A stretch of DNA of 64,000 nt from a virus, in the IMG/VR virus record IMGVR_UViG_3300046170_000446, positions 41,118 through 105,117 of that record, one strand, 5' to 3'. How positions within the stretch are numbered: position 1 is the first letter of the stretch; the number at the start of each line of letters is the position of its first letter. Position numbers and translations under genes: made by a program. This document shows positions 59,201 to 64,000 of the stretch, one piece after another. The notes beneath the pieces are model-generated. The model saw nothing but the letters and a program-made list of their open reading frames with translations, was not told where the DNA came from and did no database searches.

Positions 59201-60763
59201 GGCTTCAACTCACCGTTCGGGTCTATGGAGCGAGTGTTCTACCGTTATCAGGATGCTGAGGGTAATGTTAAGCTCGGTATGTATAACGCTTCACTGCGTT
59301 TCCAAGATAACGACTGTATTCCTGACGGCGCTCTTGATCGCCTTCTGATCTCTCAGATTAACGTCGCAGAGAATTTTGGTATCACTAAGATCGACTGTGA
59401 CCCTAAGACAGAGGCTAAAGCGGCTCTCTGCTCTTACGGGTTCTCTTCACAGTTGTCTAAGAATACTATCTCAGGATGGAAAGACTCTTTCCGTCGTGTT
59501 CAAGCTATGCGCTCAAGTAACGTCAAAGTAGGTAAAGACGGTAAAGAGAGCTATGACTACACTAAGCTCGGCGGTAACCCTGATATCTTGAGGCAGGCTT
59601 ACGAGGCGATTATGTACTGTGTCTTGTCAGGCAGAGTCGCCTCTATCGGTAGAGCTAACTTCGGTAGCTTCCGTAAGTCTGTTTATAAGAAACAGGGAGT
59701 CACTCAAGAGGGTATGATGTTTGCCCTCAAGTCAGAGGTTGATGAGTCTCTTAACGCAAATAACCCTCCTGCTGATGTAAGAGAGCTTGTTGATTACTTC
59801 CTCACTCAGATTAGTGAGGCTTCAGGCAATAGTTACGACTATGACCCTAAAGCCTTTACCGACGAGCAGGTTGTTGAGGAATACAACACCGTTTTCCAAG
59901 CAAAGAAGACGAACAGGCGCGATGTCCTTAATGTTAAGCTCACAGGTGTCCCTGCGCTTAAGATGAAAGGGAAGAAAGGTGAAGAGAAGGTTCTCAGTTG
60001 GTCATCCTCTGCTGGAGCAGAGAAGGCTAAGGGAGTTTTCACTGCAATGAACCGCAACGAAGACGATCCTGTAGGAGGCTTGAGTGCTTTCCTTAACAAG
60101 ACAGGTGAGGCGAAGAGCGAGGTTATGCAGGTGCTCTCTCCTGAGGACATTTCTTATCAGAAGGTGCGAGAGGTCATCGCTCGCCACTGTGCTCAAGTGT
60201 CTCCTGTTAAGGATTTGAAAGCGATCATGCGCGGTAAGGATAACTTCTTTGACGCTTACGCCGATCTTATCCGTACTCCGATTAAGGATGAGAGCGGTGC
60301 AATGGTTAAGCACGACATTTCTCTCGATGACTTGTCTTTCGACCTTACGGACTCAGAGGATAACCTCAGCCGTAAAACTGTTGAGGCTAAGATGGTTAAG
60401 AGTCTTAGTGAGTATAGAGGTGATCCGAGTCGTTGGCTTAAAGCAGACCTCGCTGACTTCGCGAAGAATAAGGACTGTGAAGATAAGGCGCGGGCTGGTA
60501 TGTTCCCTTGGGTTAAGAACGCGTCTCTCTCTATTGACCAGTACGTCGAGGAGCTTACCGAGGAGACTCCTGAGCCTTCAGAGGCGCTTCTTAACATTAA
60601 CGACTTCGTGTCTAAGTTGAGTAATGAGGGTGACTGCTTTACCATCAGTGACGCAGAGGAGAACGAGAACAACCGAGTCTTTAACAACTTGGCTATTCAA
60701 AAGTACAACTCTGAGATCCTTGATGGTGTGATTGACCTCGTAACCCACAAGTCGTTTAAGTAA
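53282..60763 (+). CDS. Giant SNF2-family (SF2) helicase/translocase
   Basis: LNNMQRKAI, GLGTGVGKT, VQPKAL, FDEAQ, LTASTMEESPQDL, GFNLQTFDTVIHLD and EQRRGRAWRTGQ, with large insertions; 2493 aa. Confidence 0.85.
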   Translation: MNSRVAARQFFSPHKGIVPKEVLDKAMGRILDDLLGLKEEKQKSIFPNSVLTGLRQSALATKGIERKDWWAVRNGTIAVYEDLCTFEVLLASVMPKAIVGQSIMETDLQGDFKKSYSILLKNLLSKKNNPATYVRVKALGDRINRVLGRLENTAKSAYVSCKADFDSFRTTPVTSLDPLRSYFNGELGLSLSDPQIQKGIGSDGTLTEQFLFDAFSEACKNFAKNKRFGTLKKQLKAFLDPTKGLFVEYITLILDSIETFKRKELVYSSRTRATMIKQISDISQSVYDINVANRTFNGMTSEERISYCATMSLSDLLDKGLVSLYPGVSTEDALAVRRDEISASLKSTKKSTKIFGVVQRKKRGAFFSYGVWRKARAKELDLKGSSDSIKTAILENDYITEVAEDYVRRYMEDKGYEKVGKDQVVFLPDNGGSRKVFEYKKKGEPTRFITINKEDMANIKTPLEFDTMEDVRDHYKQVNRPNQLLLKNPYVLQDLQSRNLPKITEAMESQLFGDVVYKSLSDDASSNSITRVYPTRKIEIDGFEYNVVTDGRFKGHILEFLVNAAGKQIEGSRLEYSSAFSAALGDNFSLFTSGQRKGKRSQSSREIKFEGEINGRKVTVNGLAPTLDLEPFMSTYEGGEGDTKLFLTLPTASRPDGLKSPYADLAMREKIASFVDQFCPESVNISADVQDKKDKDGNLVVAQHAIYLVDPSDYAKIRDELGSCAMTTDANRTVEGYYQNLRRFVAATSEDNLSFYSADALKDIGDNPYFKPGVKLNNMQRKAIAWMEENGFRGVMGLGTGVGKTLLSAVSAYMILEQKFQEGGDTSNGRVLYVQPKALVGNLTGELQVLTNIPNAIGNIGKDVLSLQIADGSSQSLEALRSDSPRRAFDEVAYETFDAMPQDDIDRYSAILFDEAQNLNPVNPLSTSRARKAARAQTENKILLTASTMEESPQDLFKLVAITNGQDLFPDAKLKASQKNGILYEDLHDFPTDSASDKKRKAEIKRILKDNGVKLEGITYSGKVTYATTSAGRGHLGAVRDLLQANLVTPAFKREITSNNRQSVGRIRDAIKARGARNISAVAQAVGVSQQQYEHYIKKNSALVAMYGGKRLVNPIIGRNLKVAENFQDNYATRIGSRWVGLNPDRIKKNEFLTWVSTNAFFANKLDVDFEEINKPALASIDQETVTLSMPKELEECYKKIAKNVATSLNNLSLYFKDGRVDQEGLKKLKPSERNELFSQVNKVSRQMKVLNMLNLRPREAIELAMKPSRGQKALLSKDEGQKLMTHFTRLTSGGMDVGYKSIEGAKLASERMREGAGLSRTIFFADDPATVERHAQFMSKQKGMTDSYHVSGTAKSIKVFCKGQLKKSFEIPKTPTAAKKIESEINDFKVKSLGFSPNNGGAPRPPKPSQFKTYRAKAKNASPSGAMTLISNVLENAKKVQQAWAKVSAVGSAHYESAQALDAQVVAGLTSLNRSDNYATVSESALRDAKFREEVVIDALSMRDKNLYNRSVIEKILNPPIPQTSLEDREDDYLITQARALDLNKVLDKYLDPENPKALKSGKVARKNVIKAIKDEQKKRKGINPGNWQKKVIESLFVKDPACGVVTVTLTGKEGRKGSSAGFSKGFNLQTFDTVIHLDRNSWSSEEMEQRRGRAWRTGQPDRVQEYTVDLVFANEKDYVDASEQNKQVDKLSDEELLSLANKLIEKAGGTLEEISNAMPNIGEMPKAVREADGSSEDKKTAYAVRMGLEVAIKGYLAEKMDEALDSNAGGLLSSVDTIRKYLEQSDSDLFAQVIQGSTQLTEADDDGEALLGKEYFSDEEKVGGKALSLQNQAFIGSLAPIGSGLKENDERQKKINADPIRSLKLSEDLGRFNEANVSVGGSKKSATDLMDAEAEINVDISAQLDGLPSVPTAADLIDMSGFSGLNGLKGGMDVNVNLQVGESSVNAVRQNVKLPEGATLIEDGMMSVNVKGFNSPFGSMERVFYRYQDAEGNVKLGMYNASLRFQDNDCIPDGALDRLLISQINVAENFGITKIDCDPKTEAKAALCSYGFSSQLSKNTISGWKDSFRRVQAMRSSNVKVGKDGKESYDYTKLGGNPDILRQAYEAIMYCVLSGRVASIGRANFGSFRKSVYKKQGVTQEGMMFALKSEVDESLNANNPPADVRELVDYFLTQISEASGNSYDYDPKAFTDEQVVEEYNTVFQAKKTNRRDVLNVKLTGVPALKMKGKKGEEKVLSWSSSAGAEKAKGVFTAMNRNEDDPVGGLSAFLNKTGEAKSEVMQVLSPEDISYQKVREVIARHCAQVSPVKDLKAIMRGKDNFFDAYADLIRTPIKDESGAMVKHDISLDDLSFDLTDSEDNLSRKTVEAKMVKSLSEYRGDPSRWLKADLADFAKNKDCEDKARAGMFPWVKNASLSIDQYVEELTEETPEPSEALLNINDFVSKLSNEGDCFTISDAEENENNRVFNNLAIQKYNSEILDGVIDLVTHKSFK

Positions 60764-60781
60764 TAACAGGAGATTAAGATT

Positions 60782-61057
60782 ATGGCACTCGTAGAAAAGC
60801 CTGACTCGCCGTCACAATGGTACTCATATATTGAGTCTCTCGATGTACCCGCTTTGGTCACCCAAAGCCGCGCTATTTGCTCTTTTGAGTTTGAGGAGAC
60901 TCTGCTCAATGAGGGCAAGAGCGACGATGAGGTGCGCAATATCCGAATGATGTTTGCGGAGCGTTTTCTTGAGCTCGGCATGGCAGTACCTACAAAGCAG
61001 GCAGGATGTGATATTTCACTCCATCAGCTCATGTACCCTGCGATTGAAGAGGACTGA
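60782..61057 (+). CDS. Small acidic hypothetical protein
   Basis: AGGAG SD, co-transcribed after the SNF2 gene. Confidence 0.6.
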   Translation: MALVEKPDSPSQWYSYIESLDVPALVTQSRAICSFEFEETLLNEGKSDDEVRNIRMMFAERFLELGMAVPTKQAGCDISLHQLMYPAIEED

Positions 61058-61073
61058 GCGCACTTGGTGATGT

Positions 61074-61121
61074 TCTTATAACTCCTGTCGGTAAACACAT
61101 TAGCCGACAGGAGTTATAAGA
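61074..61121 (+). promoter_or_regulatory. Perfect 18-bp hairpin occluding the SD of gene 61123
   Basis: TCTTATAACTCCTGTCGG-12 nt-CCGACAGGAGTTATAAGA, 1 nt before ATG. Confidence 0.8.
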
Positions 61122-61122
61122 C

Positions 61123-63084
61123 ATGGCTGGGATTACACAAATATTAAGGACAATGCCTCCAAAGCTAGATCTCCCTTGGGGGACTCCTCCCAAGCCTACT
61201 ATATGGAGTTGCAAGCTAATATCAGCCCCGAAAGACGCTCCTTTAGGTGGAGGGGTTCTCTATTATGAGATCAAAAGCCCTGTGCTGAACGTAAAGAATG
61301 GTTATCGGTCTTTAATGATGAAGTTTGCGTGGGAAGGCATTCATCCCGTTATAGTTGATGTTTACTGTACGGATAACGGTGTTAATCTCGTTTCGTTGTT
61401 AAAGATACCTCAATATTTTACGCTAGAAGAAGCTCTAGTGAGTGTATGGCGAAAGATTAATTGGCATAAGACGAACCAAGAGGTGTTTTTTAACACTAAG
61501 GTTGCCTCCAAGAAGAAGACCAAGGCTAAGAAGAGAAAACCTAACCCTAAGTCCATAGACCGTTACGTTAAAGAGTATGCAGAGCAGAAAGGTTACGACT
61601 CGGCAGAGGATATTCCCTCTAATGAAAAAGGTAAGGCTTTTGCAATAGCGTGGTCTAGATACTGCTCTAAGCGCCCAGGTTCTCCTCGATGTAAGAAAGA
61701 TAAAGGTACTTACTTCCCTAAGCGCCCTAATATCGCTAAAGGCATTGCTAAGAGCATGGAAGAGAAGCGCCGCAAGCGCACAAAGAAGAAAGCCTCTACC
61801 TTCAACGTAGTGGATCGCCACATTAAGGTAGCTTCAGAGTCGCCCTCCACATTAAGAGACTTGTTTTATGGAGACTACAGGTCGATTAAACTTAACTGGG
61901 GTATGCCTGCTAAACCTAACCTGTGGAAGACAGAGCTAGTATACAGAGAGAATAATACAAGTCAGGGTCATAGGAGGCTGTACCTTGTAAATTCGCCTCT
62001 CCTCTTAAACCCTATCGAGCTCTCATTCGATCTTCAAGAAATTGAGAATGTAGCGGGTCAGGTTAAAGAGTACGTTAAAGTCGCTGTAAACTTACCTCAC
62101 GTCAAGTCTGACTCTTTTAACCATTTCGTCGAGTCTATGCCCGTCCCTGAGGCAGACTTCGATAGTATGATGGCTAATATATGGAGTAAGATACTGCGGG
62201 AGGCTAAAGGCAAGTTACATACTAAAGTCCTCAAACCTGGAGTTAGGGTAGCCTCAGAGTCGCCCTCTACATTAAGAGATTTTTTTAAGCAAAGACCTGA
62301 GGCTTTCGAGTTAGCGTGGGGGACTCCTGCTAAGAAGAATATGTGGAAGGTAAAGATAGAACAGGAAACTCAAAATGAGACTTATTACAGGGTTAAATCT
62401 CCTGCCTTAAATCTTGACTTGAGCATTAAGGTTTTCATTTACAGAGCTATTTCTGAAGTAGAAGTCCGTCTCATAACGAAGGATAATCAGATAGGGAAGA
62501 CCTTATTTTTTAATCGGTTTGATGATAAACACCCTAACTTAGACCTACCCTTCGATACTTTTATGGAGGAAGTATGGCGAGGTGTAGCACATGAGGCAGA
62601 ACAGCACCCTCTTAAGGGTGGGACACCTATACTTAAGCCTAATGTTAAGGTTGCTTCTGCAAGCGGGCGCTATGGTTACACTAAGAAAGTCCAAAAGGAT
62701 TGTGAGCTCGCAGTATCCCAACTCAAAAAATACTGTAAAGCTCTCTGCTCTAAGCAGAAGAGCAAAGGAAATAAACACCTAGAGTTTTATCGAGCACACG
62801 CAGAGAAGAGCGGTAGCCCATTCGTTAAAGCGTTCGTACAATGCCATAAAGACATTTATAACGAGGCTCTCGGCAAGATTGCATCCTCTATGTACGGATA
62901 TGAAGAAAGAACCGTTAAACGATGCCTAAGTAGTATTAACGACCTGCAAATCCGTTCAGCCATGCTTATCAACAAGCTCTTGGCACGTAAGACCTCAGAC
63001 TCGGACAAGATTAAGGCTTATCTCAGTGAGCATATAGAGCAGACAGGGTGTGTGTGGTCTACCTGTCTGTATTCTTGCCTCTAA
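61123..63084 (+). CDS. Repeat-domain polyprotein-like putative virion protein
   Basis: Three LxWGxPxKxxxWK-type domains, one AFAIAW Cys domain and two YGY helical repeats, joined at KVAS/RVAS/KIAS. Confidence 0.75.
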   Translation: MAGITQILRTMPPKLDLPWGTPPKPTIWSCKLISAPKDAPLGGGVLYYEIKSPVLNVKNGYRSLMMKFAWEGIHPVIVDVYCTDNGVNLVSLLKIPQYFTLEEALVSVWRKINWHKTNQEVFFNTKVASKKKTKAKKRKPNPKSIDRYVKEYAEQKGYDSAEDIPSNEKGKAFAIAWSRYCSKRPGSPRCKKDKGTYFPKRPNIAKGIAKSMEEKRRKRTKKKASTFNVVDRHIKVASESPSTLRDLFYGDYRSIKLNWGMPAKPNLWKTELVYRENNTSQGHRRLYLVNSPLLLNPIELSFDLQEIENVAGQVKEYVKVAVNLPHVKSDSFNHFVESMPVPEADFDSMMANIWSKILREAKGKLHTKVLKPGVRVASESPSTLRDFFKQRPEAFELAWGTPAKKNMWKVKIEQETQNETYYRVKSPALNLDLSIKVFIYRAISEVEVRLITKDNQIGKTLFFNRFDDKHPNLDLPFDTFMEEVWRGVAHEAEQHPLKGGTPILKPNVKVASASGRYGYTKKVQKDCELAVSQLKKYCKALCSKQKSKGNKHLEFYRAHAEKSGSPFVKAFVQCHKDIYNEALGKIASSMYGYEERTVKRCLSSINDLQIRSAMLINKLLARKTSDSDKIKAYLSEHIEQTGCVWSTCLYSCL

Positions 63085-63102
63085 TACGTATAGAATTAGA
63101 GC

Positions 63103-64000
63103 CTACATCTTTTCAATAGTGTTAGCTATTGTCCGTAAGAGTCTAAGTAAGAGCTCAGACTGTTGTCGTCTTAAGGACACGCTACTCACTCTAGACCACT
63201 CAGACCCTTGCCACTCCATAATGTTAAGCTCAGTATCATTAAGGTAAAAAGCGTGGCGAGTAGCTCTTTTTGAACGGTGTTGTCGCACAGGGTAAAAGAA
63301 AAGACCTGTTTGAGAAGAGGGGTTACTCAAACTTCTGAGGCCGTAAGTTTGCCTGTCTCTAATGCGGGATAAGGTAGAAGCCACTTTGATATTAGGTTTG
63401 AGGTGCTTTTGCAGTAGTTCATTATTCATTAAGTAGTGCCACACCATCTCTGTGAAGATGTCTAGTGGCTGGTTTCTTTCTTTAAAGTGAAAGACGCTAT
63501 ATGTCAATGAAAAGAGTATGTCTCCCGAATACCCTACTCTAACAGTAGTCTTTACGGACTTCTTACCATCCACCAAAAACTCTATTGATAAGTGAGGGTT
63601 TAAGACAGGAGATTGGATTGTGTATACAATCTTATTCTCACCAAGAGGTAGAAAAACCGAGTGCTTAAGACTAACTTTCCACAAGTTTTTCTTAACAGGA
63701 GTACCCCACGCTAGCTCAAAGGTTTTGGGCTTGTGTTTAACGATGTCGTTGATACACGTCGGATTATGCGATGCTACCTTACTTAAAAGTACAGTCTTCA
63801 ACTTTTTCGTGTGTGTAAGACTGTTCCATACTCCGCGCATATAAACGTCGAGAGGCAAGGAGTAAAAAGAGTCTGAAGCATTAAAGGAGTGAGAGTAATA
63901 CGCGCTCCCCCAACTGCTACCCTCTCTAACCTCGATAGTTATCTTACCGTTGTTATCAGAGGCATCCATGTGGAAATAGATAGGGTGCTTTAGTAAAGGG
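63103..64000 (-). CDS. Paralogous repeat-domain protein, 5'-partial (runs off the window)
   Basis: Frame is open to the edge (PLLKHPIYFHMDA). Contains the FELAWGTPVKKNLWK domain and KVAS junctions. Confidence 0.7.
   Translation of the reverse strand, partial: PLLKHPIYFHMDASDNNGKITIEVREGSSWGSAYYSHSFNASDSFYSLPLDVYMRGVWNSLTHTKKLKTVLLSKVASHNPTCINDIVKHKPKTFELAWGTPVKKNLWKVSLKHSVFLPLGENKIVYTIQSPVLNPHLSIEFLVDGKKSVKTTVRVGYSGDILFSLTYSVFHFKERNQPLDIFTEMVWHYLMNNELLQKHLKPNIKVASTLSRIRDRQTYGLRSLSNPSSQTGLFFYPVRQHRSKRATRHAFYLNDTELNIMEWQGSEWSRVSSVSLRRQQSELLLRLLRTIANTIEKM

Noticed and set aside
53824-60687. Many 60-140 aa antisense or alternate-frame ORFs within long genes (also at 27.6-33 kb and elsewhere)
   Set aside because: Shadow ORFs caused by codon bias; no SD, motifs or independent support.
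1-64000. Alternative genetic code (stop-codon reassignment)
   Set aside because: TAA, TAG and TGA all end conserved genes at expected positions, and gene breaks are frame changes rather than in-frame stops.

Overview
This window is part of a large tailed-phage (Caudoviricetes-like) genome, probably infecting a Gram-negative host (an OMP-like gene ends in Phe). It holds a head module (acidic scaffold, decoration-like protein, HK97-fold capsid), auxiliary metabolism genes (type II glutamine synthetase, cytosine-deaminase-like amidohydrolase, NrdAB) and three tRNAs. Replication/recombination genes include RecA, RuvC, SSB, a RecD2-GIY-YIG fusion, clamp-loader delta/delta'-like genes and a family A polymerase with a Zn-ribbon insert. 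Also present are a sigma factor, an amidase endolysin, a SET-domain protein, a degenerate GroEL, a 2493-aa SNF2 protein and a candidate iteron origin at 26.06-27.02 kb. The most interesting signal is a coordinated set of about 15 unrelated 'hypothetical' proteins that share [KR]-x-A-(S) motifs at leader ends and domain junctions, a recurrent N-terminal leader, a positionally conserved upstream T[AG]N8AT element and SD-sequestering hairpins. I infer a capsid-targeting and prohead-protease processing system that loads a large cargo into the virion. That cargo includes polyproteins, an Ntn-hydrolase zymogen, membrane proteins and HeH/H1-like DNA binders. Nine apparent +1 homopolymer insertions split genes in the ORF track and are most likely sequencing errors. 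All functional calls come from motif recognition by eye; no searches were run.
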